The position numbers were made by a program, and so were the translations under genes. Shown here piece by piece: positions 40,333 to 50,030 of a stretch of DNA of 64,000 bases. Source of the stretch: Patescibacteria group bacterium (GTDB taxonomy: Bacteria; Patescibacteriota; JABMPQ01; JAQVVF01); assembly GCA_041662665.1 (NCBI GenBank), contig JBAZSC010000002.1, positions 165,234 to 229,233 of the forward strand, written 5' to 3'. The notes under the pieces were generated by a model that was not told the origin of the DNA, searched no databases, and saw only the letters and a list, made by a program, of their open reading frames with translations. The stretch's first letter is position 1. Each line of letters begins with the position of its first letter.

Positions 40333-41307
40333 TTATTTTAGAGAATCCAAATAATATTTTAAAATTTTAGTCCAAATTTCTAATAATTTTTCTTTCTCTT
40401 CAAGAGGAATATCTGATCCGCCTATATCTGCCAAAATTGTCCCAACAGATCTTCCCAACATTCCTAAATCAAACCCTTTTTTATCAGTAAGTTCATTCTT
40501 AACAAAAATATTTTTCCAATCCAAACTTTCTTTCAATGCCAAATCATAATTTATAATCTTTCTTGCATCTTGAATTATTGACCAAACTATAAAAGGTCCT
40601 TCGGCAAATTCAGGTTGCCAACAACAATGAGCAAAATCAGTCAAATAATACTTGTCCGCCGAAGTCCCACAGGACGTAGGCGGATTTACCTTAAAAATTT
40701 CCTTTGGCTTAAAATGTCCATGTGTCCAGATAAATTTATATCCATTGCCATCTTTTTTCAAAACATCAATCGCTTTTTCACACAAATCATAACTCTCTTG
40801 TTTTAACCAACTTTTTTCTTTTGCCAATTTTTTCCATTTTGATATATTTCTCAACGCCCAATCGCCAACTGTCTTATCTTTAAAAATTTTTAATTCAGGA
40901 TTTTTGGGCCAGATCTTTTTATATTCGATAAAAACTTTAAAAAATTCTTCTCTGTTTTCAACTTTCGGCATGCCCTCAAAAATATGTTTGCTTGTATCAA
41001 TGTATTCTTCAATCAGCCAGCCGGAATGATCATCATACATTTTATAATTATATAATTTCGGAGCAGTTAAAATTTCACTTTTATTATTTTTTAAAAATTC
41101 TTTCAAATTCAAAGGTTCATACACTTCTCTTGGATCTTTCCACATTTTCAAAATCGCTTTTTTATTTTCAAAATTTCCTTTAAAAATAATATTTCTTGTT
41201 TTGCCTTTTCTATAATAGGTACTTGAATAAATTTCTTTTTCGGAAACAAAGCGAGCCTCTAAAATTATCCTTTTTATTTCCGCATCGCTTAAAAAATCAA
41301 ATTTCAT
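40333..41307 (-). CDS. Kinase-like (APH/phosphotransferase-fold) protein
   Basis: AILK, LIEEYI, HGHF.PKEI, TDF; in-frame REP insertion between the last two motifs. Confidence 0.6.
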   Translation of the reverse strand: MKFDFLSDAEIKRIILEARFVSEKEIYSSTYYRKGKTRNIIFKGNFENKKAILKMWKDPREVYEPLNLKEFLKNNKSEILTAPKLYNYKMYDDHSGWLIEEYIDTSKHIFEGMPKVENREEFFKVFIEYKKIWPKNPELKIFKDKTVGDWALRNISKWKKLAKEKSWLKQESYDLCEKAIDVLKKDGNGYKFIWTHGHFKPKEIFKVNPPTSCGTSADKYYLTDFAHCCWQPEFAEGPFIVWSIIQDARKIINYDLALKESLDWKNIFVKNELTDKKGFDLGMLGRSVGTILADIGGSDIPLEEKEKLLEIWTKILKYYLDSLK

Positions 41308-41315
41308 AACTCAAA

Positions 41316-41396
41316 ATATCTGTGTTATTTGTGTAAAATTCTTATTAATTTGTCATCAATCTGTGTAATTTGTGTTCATCTGTAATAAATCTGCCG
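41316..41396. repeat. Solo ATCTGTG-type array
   Basis: atatctgtgttatttgtgt...atctgtgtaatttgtgttcatctgtaataaatctgcc, abutting the stop of 41397-43373. Confidence 0.7.
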
Positions 41397-43373
41397 TCAT
41401 TTGCGGGAAGCTAAAGTAAACCAGTTTTTCATTTTTGAAAAAAATCTGATATCTGTCGACAATAATTTTTGATTTTTTTTCAAAATAGTTTTGTTCCTTT
41501 TATTCCAAAAATTTATATAACTTTCTTCTTTCGAAAATAATTCCAAATTTTTTGCTTTTATCTTAGATTTTTTTATACTTTTTTTTGTATATGGAAAAGA
41601 AATTTTTACTCTAAACTTTCCAGAACTTTTTTTATACAAATTTGTCCTCAATTTCCAATAATATTTTAATGATTTTTCATTCTCCAAAAAATTAGGCTTT
41701 TTCTTTACTTTTTCAATTTGTATCCAAAATTTTTCTGGAGTTTCAGGCAAATTCAAAAACTTTATTCCAACTCCTGTTTTACTAGAAATATATTTTATAC
41801 CCAAAGAATCGTCATTAAATTTAATATATTTTTTAAAATATTTAATTGCAATTTTTGACAAAGATCCAATGCTCGCTTCAGGTTCGTCAGCTGTATATTT
41901 CCTATCGCCAAAAAGTTTTATCATCCAATCATTATCAGAATCACCAGTTGAAAAGCCAGCTAAAACGAAATCATCATTTTGATTAAAATCGATATCTAAA
42001 TATGCCTCGTCATTGCTTTCATCTTCTACAATTTCTTTCAACAAATTTCCATCACTATCATATTTCCTAACCAATAAATCATTGCCTGTTTCTGCTTTTG
42101 AATTTCCAACAACCATTATTTCATCAGCAATATTAACTTCCATTCCATACAAATAATCGTTTCCTAATTCGCTATCATACAACCTATCCCACAATAAATT
42201 TCCTTCAGAATCTAATTTTCGAAGCAACCAATTATTATCTGTTTCATTATAATATCCGCCTAAATAAATGTTATCATTTGAATCTACATTAACTGCTTTA
42301 AAATAATCAGCAGTTCCTTTTTCATAATTAGAATTCCAATCTTCAACTAAATTATTATCATATTTTATTGTATAAAATTCAAAGCTTGAAGCAGTCGCAC
42401 TGTTTCCAGTTGCAATAATATTATTTCCTGAATCAACCACTAAATCATACAAAATATCATCACCAAGTCCAGAATTATATTCTTGATCAGTTATGACATT
42501 ACCATTTGCGTCATATTTTCTAAGATACCAATTCTTATCAGAATTTATTTTTAATCCTCCAACAATAATATTATCATCAGAATCAGTTATTACCGCATTT
42601 GCTTCGTCGATATTTCCTGAATCATAAATTTTACTCCACAAAATATTGCCATCAGAATCATATTTTCTAAGATACCAATCTTTATCGCCTAATAATTCAT
42701 AATAACCAATAACAATAATGTTATCCGATTTATCAATTGCCAAATCTTTAACCTCGCCATTATCAAAATCAAAAGTATCTGACCAAATTTCCTCTCCATC
42801 GTTATTGTATTTTATTAATCGCCAATCATTGCCATCAGCTTCATTAATATAATTTCCAGCTATAACAAATTCACCAGTTGATAAAAATTTTACGCCTTTC
42901 GCTTGATCATTGCCATTTCCACTATCATAATTTTTAACAAAAAAATTGACTGGCTCTAGTTCCATTGTTTCATTATATGAACTTGCTAAAACAGCTTCTG
43001 AATTTCCAAAATAAAGATAAATTGTCTTATTGCTATTTGCCAAAAGTTCTGACACTTCCACCCAAATAATTGCCGAATTTTCTTCATAATCAAATTCTTT
43101 CAGCCAAAAATCAAGATCTGTTGAATCATCAGCATCAACTAATCTAATATCTGATCCATCACTTTTTATCCTTGCCCAAAAATCAACTTGTTCGTCTGTC
43201 AAAGTTATTTTTACTTGATAATTGCTCAGGTTTTCTGAATTTAAAGAATTTTCCAAAACAATTGGCATTCGATAATCATAATCATTACTATACCAAGCCG
43301 AAGCCGAATTAGAAATAACAAAATAACAAAATAACAAAATAACAAAAATCGCCCCAATTAAAATTCGTTTCAT
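41397..43373 (-). CDS. Exported DUF2341-like plus beta-propeller protein with Lys-rich C-terminal module
   Basis: AWY...Y.YR.PI, DGSDIRL, IWV.V, IYLYFGN (DUF2341-like); repeated KYDSDGN.LW units. Confidence 0.82.
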   Translation of the reverse strand: MKRILIGAIFVILLFCYFVISNSASAWYSNDYDYRMPIVLENSLNSENLSNYQVKITLTDEQVDFWARIKSDGSDIRLVDADDSTDLDFWLKEFDYEENSAIIWVEVSELLANSNKTIYLYFGNSEAVLASSYNETMELEPVNFFVKNYDSGNGNDQAKGVKFLSTGEFVIAGNYINEADGNDWRLIKYNNDGEEIWSDTFDFDNGEVKDLAIDKSDNIIVIGYYELLGDKDWYLRKYDSDGNILWSKIYDSGNIDEANAVITDSDDNIIVGGLKINSDKNWYLRKYDANGNVITDQEYNSGLGDDILYDLVVDSGNNIIATGNSATASSFEFYTIKYDNNLVEDWNSNYEKGTADYFKAVNVDSNDNIYLGGYYNETDNNWLLRKLDSEGNLLWDRLYDSELGNDYLYGMEVNIADEIMVVGNSKAETGNDLLVRKYDSDGNLLKEIVEDESNDEAYLDIDFNQNDDFVLAGFSTGDSDNDWMIKLFGDRKYTADEPEASIGSLSKIAIKYFKKYIKFNDDSLGIKYISSKTGVGIKFLNLPETPEKFWIQIEKVKKKPNFLENEKSLKYYWKLRTNLYKKSSGKFRVKISFPYTKKSIKKSKIKAKNLELFSKEESYINFWNKRNKTILKKNQKLLSTDIRFFSKMKNWFTLASRK

Positions 43374-43447
43374 TTTAGTTTTTATTTTTAATCAAATTAC
43401 TAATTTTATTAGTCTTACCAATTTTATAGTTAATAAATCTAACTTAT

Positions 43448-43897
43448 TTAACTCGCCTTTAATACCTCGACAGCTTTATCAATAATAACTTGCATATTCT
43501 TATAGCTTTCAATCCTACTTAGTTCATCAACAGTGACCCATTTCAATTCTGCAATTCCTTCTGCATCTTGCAACTCAATATTAACATCTTCTGGTGCTTC
43601 CATCAAATACCAATATACCACTTTATGAATCAAATCTTTGCCTCCTGGCTTGCCTTTTGAATCAGCTTTAAACCAATAGTCCATTTCACCAAGTTTTTCG
43701 CTTAATTTAAGCCCATACATTCCTGTTTCTTCAGCTACTTCTCGCAAAGCTGCACGCTCCACTCTTTCACCTTCTTCAACATGTCCTTTTGCAAAAGTCC
43801 ATTTATGAAAAGGATCCAAAATCAAGGCGATTTTAACACCTGCTTTTGTTTTTTTGAATACTATACCACCTGCCGAAAATTCTAGTTTTGATGACAT
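43448..43897 (-). CDS. NUDIX hydrolase
   Basis: SAGG; Nudix box KGHVEEGE...AALREVAEETG; probable start ATG 43897. Confidence 0.9.
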   Translation of the reverse strand: MSSKLEFSAGGIVFKKTKAGVKIALILDPFHKWTFAKGHVEEGERVERAALREVAEETGMYGLKLSEKLGEMDYWFKADSKGKPGGKDLIHKVVYWYLMEAPEDVNIELQDAEGIAELKWVTVDELSRIESYKNMQVIIDKAVEVLKAS

Positions 43898-43973
43898 ATA
43901 AAATATTATACACAAAAATTTTGAATTAAAAAAGACTAAAATTAGTCTTTTTTTACTATTATCTTATAATTTT

Positions 43974-44528
43974 TTACTTTTGCCTTATTTTAACATCATA
44001 CAAAATTTCTTCCAGCCTCTTCAAATTTCTTTTAGCTTCATCGAATTTTACTCTCAATTTTCCAGTCAGATCAAATTTGATTAACTCGCCAATAATATCA
44101 TCAACAGCTTGCTTATAATCAGAAATTTTTTCAGCCTCGCCTTTTGTTACCAAAATTACAGCCATTCTTACCATCTCACCAGTCAAATCACAAATTCCAG
44201 AAATCATTGTTTCAAAACCAAATTTCAATTCTGATTTAAAATCAATATCACCACTATTTAAATATTCAAAAAACATTTTTGCTTCCACAAATTCTTCCGC
44301 AGCTTCATAATATGCACCAACTCCTGAAGAATTACCCAAAGCAATCAATTTCTTTTCAGCATCTGTCAAAACTTCTTCCGCTTTTTTCAAATCATCGCGA
44401 TGCATTAAAAAAATCGCTTGTTTTGACATTTTTAAAACAACTCTTGCCTCACCAATAATTTTTTCGCGCATCAAACTATGCTCTTGATTTTCGACTAATA
44501 ATCTTTCAAATAATTCTTTGTTCAGCAT
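43974..44528 (-). CDS. Translin/TRAX family protein
   Basis: RE..I...R......K.AIF..H, EEFVEA, GICDLTGEMVR, LR.K.D..K..LK.LE..LYD. Confidence 0.85.
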   Translation of the reverse strand: MLNKELFERLLVENQEHSLMREKIIGEARVVLKMSKQAIFLMHRDDLKKAEEVLTDAEKKLIALGNSSGVGAYYEAAEEFVEAKMFFEYLNSGDIDFKSELKFGFETMISGICDLTGEMVRMAVILVTKGEAEKISDYKQAVDDIIGELIKFDLTGKLRVKFDEAKRNLKRLEEILYDVKIRQK

Positions 44529-44632
44529 AAATATTTATTAATTAATTTAACTAATCTAACTGGTCAAACAAATTTAACTCGTCAATTTTACTAATTTTAC
44601 CAATTTTACTAAATAATCAATATCCGAATATC

Positions 44633-45220
44633 TTAATATCTCGAATATTCACATCCGCAGTAACGCTGTCTATAAATTCCATTTAATTTACACAACTCAA
44701 TACTTCTTTTATATAATCCGCTAAAATCTTGTTCCAAAAATTTCACTCCATATTTCTTTTCTAATTCAAGACCGATTCTATTTATCATCATTGTATTCTT
44801 GTATGGCGAAATAGACAAGGTCGTTCCAAACATTTCAAAGCCATTCAACATCGCAAATTCTGCTGTTTTTTCTAATCTGAATTTAATGCAAGCCTCGCAT
44901 CTTTTTCCGCCTTCCTTTTCTTTTTCTAAACCAACAACTTTTTTTTGCCAATTCTTAACATCATTTTTCGGAACAGCGAATTTTAGTTTATCAATTTTAG
45001 CATTATCAATTTTACTTATTTTACTAATTTTACTAACATTATTAATTTTACCAATTTTACTCGCAAGTTTATTCAAATTCTCTAATCTTAAATCATATTC
45101 GCTTTTTGGATAAATATTTGGATTATAAAAATAGCCAGTAATTTCATAATCTGGTTTTATTTTTTCTAAAACTGCACTCGCACATGGGCCGCAGCAAATA
45201 TGTAATAATAATCTTGTCAT
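44633..45220 (-). CDS. queH: Epoxyqueuosine reductase QueH
   Basis: LLHICCGPC, FYNPNIYP, E.GKRCEAC..RL, TTLSISPYK, YRQ.YCGC. Confidence 0.9.
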   Translation of the reverse strand: MTRLLLHICCGPCASAVLEKIKPDYEITGYFYNPNIYPKSEYDLRLENLNKLASKIGKINNVSKISKISKIDNAKIDKLKFAVPKNDVKNWQKKVVGLEKEKEGGKRCEACIKFRLEKTAEFAMLNGFEMFGTTLSISPYKNTMMINRIGLELEKKYGVKFLEQDFSGLYKRSIELCKLNGIYRQRYCGCEYSRY

Positions 45221-45274
45221 AATTACTGCATTATATTCTAAAAAATATAAATGTCAAAAAACACAATAAAAACA

Positions 45275-45301
45275 TAGAGACGTTGCAATGCAACGTCTCT
45301 A
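45275..45301. repeat. REP-like palindrome TAGAGACGTTGCA-A-TGCAACGTCTCTA
   Basis: 13-bp inverted repeat; resembles GTAG-family REPs associated with RAYT transposases. Confidence 0.7.
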
Positions 45302-45349
45302 CCATATTCGAAAATAATTAGAATTTAATTCGAAAATTAATTCGAATAA

Positions 45350-47713
45350 TTACTTCACAATCGGCGCATCCAACGCATTCTTCACCACATCATCCATTGT
45401 TTTTACAAAAACAATTTTCAAATCTTTCTGAATATTCTTTGGAATATCTGCCAAATTTGGCCTATTTTCTTCTGGCAACAAAACAATTTTTACACCAGCT
45501 TGTTTAGCAGCCAAAACTTTTTCCTTAACTCCGCCAATTGGCAAAACTTTTCCTCTCAAAGTTACTTCACCAGTCATTGCCACATCTTTATTTATTTTTC
45601 TGCCAGACAAAACCGAAACTAAAACTGTTGCCATTGCTGTACCTGCCGAAGGTCCATCTTTTGGAATTCCGCCAGCTGGAACGTGAATATGAATATCGTC
45701 ATTTTTGTAAAACTTTTCTTCAACACCTAATTTATCAGCAATTGTTCTAGCATAAGAATAAGCTGCTTCTGCTGATTCTTTCATTACTTTTCCTAATTGT
45801 CCGGTCAATCTTAATTCGCCTTTACCAGGCATGCGAGATGCTTCAATATGCAAAATATCGCCACCAGCTGGAGTCCAAGCAAGTCCGGTCACTACTCCAA
45901 CTTCATCTTTCTTTTCAGTTTTTTCTTGAGTAAATGTTGCTGGCCCTAAATATTTTTTCAAATCAGCAATTGTTACATTGTTATCGCCCTTGCCTCCAGA
46001 AGCAACTGATTTTGCCATTTTTCGGCAGATTGCTGCAATTTGTCTTTCCAAATTTCTAACACCAGCTTCTTTAACATAATCAGAAATAATATGACGCAAT
46101 GATGGATCGGAAAATAAACATTGCTCTTTTTTCAATCCATTCTCTTTTAATTGTCTTGGAATTAAATATTTTTTAGCAATATGAAATTTTTCTTCTTCTG
46201 TATATCCCAAGAATTCGATTATTTCCATTCTATCTCGCAAAGCTGGCGGAATTGTATCCAAGACATTTGCAGTTGTAATGAACATTACGTCAGACAAATC
46301 AAATGGCACTGATAAATAATTATCTACAAATTCTTTATTCTGAGCTGGATCTAATGCTTCAAGTAAAGCCGAAGACGGATCGCCTCGATAGTCATTACCA
46401 ACTTTATCAATCTCATCTAACATAAAAACTGGATTTCTAGATTTCACTGAATTTATTCCTTGAATAATTCTGCCTGGCATTGCTCCAACATAAGTTCTGC
46501 GATGTCCACGAATTTCTGCTTCGTCTCTAATTCCACCAAGACTCATTCTAAAAAATTCTCGACCTAAAGACTTTGCAATTGATTTTCCTATTGAAGTTTT
46601 TCCAACTCCTGGAGGTCCAAAGAAACAAAGAATTGGACCTTGAATTTGATTTGTTAATTTTCGCACTGATAAATATTCCAAAATTCTTTCTTTAACTTTT
46701 TCCAAACCATAATGATCATGATCCAAAATCTGTTTTGATTTTTTGACATCAACTTTGCATTCGCTTCTTTTATTCCATGGAAGTCCAACCATCCAATCAA
46801 TATATGTTCTGATATACGAAATTTCTGGTGAAAAAGATGGCATGCCTTTCATTCTGTTGAATTCTTTCATCACTTCTTCTTCTGTTTTCTTCGGCATTTT
46901 CACTGCCTTTATTTTTTTCTCCAAAGAAACAGTTTCATCTTCTCCTCCGCCTAATTCGCCCAATTCTTTTTGAATTGATTTCATCTTTTCTCGCAAATAC
47001 ATTTCTTTCTGCATTTTTTCTAATTCTTTTCCAGTGTTCTCTTCCAATTTTTGCGCCATTGCAAAAACTTTTGTCTGTTTGCCTAATAATTCATTCAAAT
47101 TTTTTAATTTTTCTTTAACATCATTTAATTCCAATAACTTTTGTTTTTCTGAAACTTTTAGATCTAAATTTGAAACAATTAAATCACATAATTGCCATGG
47201 ATCTTTCATATTCAAAATCACCATCATTACATCCAATGGCACATTCGCGCCCATTGAGACAACAGATTTGAATTGATTAATTACTGTATACATCAATGCT
47301 GTAACTTCTTCTGTTTTTTCAAATTTTTCTTCTCCCAAAGATTCAACATCAATTTTCAAATATGGATCTGTTTGTGCTAATTTTTGGAATTTTGCTCTGC
47401 CTAATCCTTCCACCAAAACAGTCATTGATCCGTCTTCAGTAACTTCCATATCTCTAATTCTGCCAATCGTTCCAATTTGATAAATCTCGTCTTCTTTTTT
47501 AATTTCTTCTAAATCTTCTTTTTTCTGCGCAACAAAAAATAGAACATTATCATTATGCTCTTTTGCAAATTCAATTGCTTTGATTGATTGCTTTCTTTTT
47601 ACAACCAATGGCACAGCTAATTTTGGAAAAATAACAGCATCTTTTAGCGCAACAGATGGCAATGTTTCTTTCTTTTTACCCAAAATAAGCTCTTTCAAGA
47701 AATTATCCTTCAT
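45350..47713 (-). CDS. lon: ATP-dependent protease La (Lon)
   Basis: DHYGLEKVKERI, GPPGVGKTS, GHRRTYVGAMPG, PKDGPSAG, GGVKEK. Confidence 0.97.
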   Translation of the reverse strand: MKDNFLKELILGKKKETLPSVALKDAVIFPKLAVPLVVKRKQSIKAIEFAKEHNDNVLFFVAQKKEDLEEIKKEDEIYQIGTIGRIRDMEVTEDGSMTVLVEGLGRAKFQKLAQTDPYLKIDVESLGEEKFEKTEEVTALMYTVINQFKSVVSMGANVPLDVMMVILNMKDPWQLCDLIVSNLDLKVSEKQKLLELNDVKEKLKNLNELLGKQTKVFAMAQKLEENTGKELEKMQKEMYLREKMKSIQKELGELGGGEDETVSLEKKIKAVKMPKKTEEEVMKEFNRMKGMPSFSPEISYIRTYIDWMVGLPWNKRSECKVDVKKSKQILDHDHYGLEKVKERILEYLSVRKLTNQIQGPILCFFGPPGVGKTSIGKSIAKSLGREFFRMSLGGIRDEAEIRGHRRTYVGAMPGRIIQGINSVKSRNPVFMLDEIDKVGNDYRGDPSSALLEALDPAQNKEFVDNYLSVPFDLSDVMFITTANVLDTIPPALRDRMEIIEFLGYTEEEKFHIAKKYLIPRQLKENGLKKEQCLFSDPSLRHIISDYVKEAGVRNLERQIAAICRKMAKSVASGGKGDNNVTIADLKKYLGPATFTQEKTEKKDEVGVVTGLAWTPAGGDILHIEASRMPGKGELRLTGQLGKVMKESAEAAYSYARTIADKLGVEEKFYKNDDIHIHVPAGGIPKDGPSAGTAMATVLVSVLSGRKINKDVAMTGEVTLRGKVLPIGGVKEKVLAAKQAGVKIVLLPEENRPNLADIPKNIQKDLKIVFVKTMDDVVKNALDAPIVK

Positions 47714-47827
47714 GTAATTTTTATTTTAAATTATTTGTAAATATAACTAAGTATAACAATTATTACACTTTTGACCAAGTGTATAACAAAAAACAATATC
47801 TTATCTGTGTATCTGTGTAAATCCGTC

Positions 47828-48124
47828 TTAAATCTGTGTTAAATCTGTCGCCTTCATCTCTTCCCATCCATTCTTTTCTTCACTAAAAATATAAGCTTTA
47901 ACATAATTAATCATTTCTGATTCCGAATCAGCATCATCAACATTAACATTTTTAAAGCCAGATTTTTTTTGTTTTTCTACCCATTCCAATCTCATCTTGC
48001 CTTGAGGATTTTCAAATTCAATCCATTCCATTTTTTCTCCATAACCTTCATCAATTCCTTTATCAGAAACTTCAAATTTTTTTTCAACATTTTCCAAAAT
48101 CAAATCCCATTTTTCTTTAGTCAT
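47828..48124 (-). CDS. Hypothetical protein
   Basis: 98-aa ORF (MTKEKW...IEFENPQGKMRLEW); its 3' end runs into an ATCTGTG array (47801-47850). Confidence 0.7.
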   Translation of the reverse strand: MTKEKWDLILENVEKKFEVSDKGIDEGYGEKMEWIEFENPQGKMRLEWVEKQKKSGFKNVNVDDADSESEMINYVKAYIFSEEKNGWEEMKATDLTQI

Positions 48125-48204
48125 ATATAAACATTTAACAATTAACTATTAACATTTAACTTTACAAACTTTAAGAACTTTATAACTAGTCTAATTTGTC
48201 TAAC

Positions 48205-49278
48205 CTATCTAACTCGTATTTTTCCCGCTAAATTATAAAACCAATACCAAGCTTTTTTATACACTAGATCCCAAGCTCCCACATAATTTTTTTCAAATCC
48301 ACCAAACCCACGTTTAAATCTCGAAATTCCTTCCCATTCCTCAACTTTTGCTGTTGGCATAACTAATTTATTTGCAGGTGCTATTCCCCAAAAATCATAG
48401 TATTTACAACCTCTTGCTTTTGCTTCTTTAATCGCTTCCCATTGCAAAACATTAGGCGCCATGTATTTTCGATATTCATAATCTGATGCTCCATGCATGT
48501 ATACCGCAGTATCGCCCCAAAAAGAAACAATAATTCCAGCCACAACTTTTCCATTCAATTCTGCCAAAAATAAATTAATAAAATCTTTCTTGCCAAAATA
48601 TTCTAATTGCTTAATATAATAATCTTTTGGATGCAAAGCAAATTTATCTCTTGCAGCTGTCTTTTCCAAAATCTTCCAAAATTCTTCAAACTTAGTATCT
48701 TTAATTCCATCAACACTAGAATATCTATTTACTTTGATATCTTTTTTTTGCGCCAATCTAATATTGTATCTCGCCTTACTATGCATTGACGACATCAATT
48801 CATCTTCATTTTTACTTAAATCCAAAATCCAAGTATCTTTTGGCTGAACTTCTTTTTTTGCTTTTTTAAATCCTAAATCACTCAAAAATTTTACATTCAC
48901 TTCATCCATTTGCCAGTCAGGATCAATCCTTAAAAACATCGATTTTTCCTGTTTAGCAATTCGTCCAATCTCGTCCAAAAGGTTTGTAATTTGAGTTTTG
49001 TAATTTGTAATTTGTTTGGAATTTGGGATTTGGAATTTAGGATTTCCAATAATTGGTCCGCGACCACAATATAAATAATGCAAATTTTTCGTTAAATCCA
49101 TTTTTACAATTAAGCTACTTCCAATTAATTCATTATTTTCTTCCAATCCAATCCGCCAAATTTTTCTGCCTACCATTTTCTGAAATTCTCCCCAATCAAA
49201 ACTCTGCAACATTGATCCATTATTTTGCTTTAAAAAAATATTTAATTTTTCATGATCTTTTATTTCAACAACTTGCAT
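48205..49278 (-). CDS. FemAB-family peptidoglycan peptidyltransferase
   Basis: LQSFDWG.FQ, RGP, LDLS..E..L...M..KARYNIR.A.KK, YMHGAS, YDFWG, G..RFKRGFGG; probable start ATG 49278. Confidence 0.9.
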   Translation of the reverse strand: MQVVEIKDHEKLNIFLKQNNGSMLQSFDWGEFQKMVGRKIWRIGLEENNELIGSSLIVKMDLTKNLHYLYCGRGPIIGNPKFQIPNSKQITNYKTQITNLLDEIGRIAKQEKSMFLRIDPDWQMDEVNVKFLSDLGFKKAKKEVQPKDTWILDLSKNEDELMSSMHSKARYNIRLAQKKDIKVNRYSSVDGIKDTKFEEFWKILEKTAARDKFALHPKDYYIKQLEYFGKKDFINLFLAELNGKVVAGIIVSFWGDTAVYMHGASDYEYRKYMAPNVLQWEAIKEAKARGCKYYDFWGIAPANKLVMPTAKVEEWEGISRFKRGFGGFEKNYVGAWDLVYKKAWYWFYNLAGKIRVR

Positions 49279-49321
49279 TATCAATTTTATTAATTTTACC
49301 AATTTTACAAACGTTAGGTTT

Positions 49322-49882
49322 TTATCTTCCTAGATATTTTAACGCTTCTCTAATCTGCTCTTGCAACGCCAATTTAGAATCAACTTTTTTCAAAGCCTCG
49401 CTTAAATCATCACGTTTATATCCCAAACTTACCAAACTATCTGCTAAATCTTTATTCTCACAAAAATCAAAATTATCATCACAAGTTCCTAATTTATCTT
49501 TCAATCCAAAACAAATTTTTTCTGCCATTTTTTTGCCAATTCCAGGAACGCTTGTCAAAAAATCCAACTTTTTATTAATAATTGCCGATTTTACTTGATC
49601 AGCTGGACCAGTTGATAAAATTGCAATTGCCTTTTTTGGACCAACACCTGAAACAGAAATAATTTTTTCAAAAAAATTCAATTCATTGCAATTTTCAAAT
49701 CCAAATAGATCATTCATATTCTCGCCTAAATGCTGGAAAATAAAAAATTCTTGTTCTCTGTTAATTTCTGTTTTTAACAAGACTTTTGCTGACAAAAAAA
49801 TTTTATAACCAATATTATTTACATTAAGAATTATAAAATTATTTCCCTTAAATATAATTTTTCCAAATAAATAAGCAATCAT
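49322..49882 (-). CDS. ruvA: Holliday junction branch migration protein RuvA
   Basis: MIAYL.G, VSGVGPK.A, VPGIGKK.AEKI...LKDK, SLGY. Confidence 0.93.
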   Translation of the reverse strand: MIAYLFGKIIFKGNNFIILNVNNIGYKIFLSAKVLLKTEINREQEFFIFQHLGENMNDLFGFENCNELNFFEKIISVSGVGPKKAIAILSTGPADQVKSAIINKKLDFLTSVPGIGKKMAEKICFGLKDKLGTCDDNFDFCENKDLADSLVSLGYKRDDLSEALKKVDSKLALQEQIREALKYLGR

Positions 49883-50030
49883 TATTTTAAAAAAATTAGA
49901 ACAAAAAACTGCTTCTTTATCTTAGCAGATTTTAAACACTTCTGCCAGAATTTATACAAAACAAAAACACCTCTAAATAGGTGTCAAAAAAATGAACGAA
50001 CTTCTTAAGATATTTTTCATCTTCAAAAAT

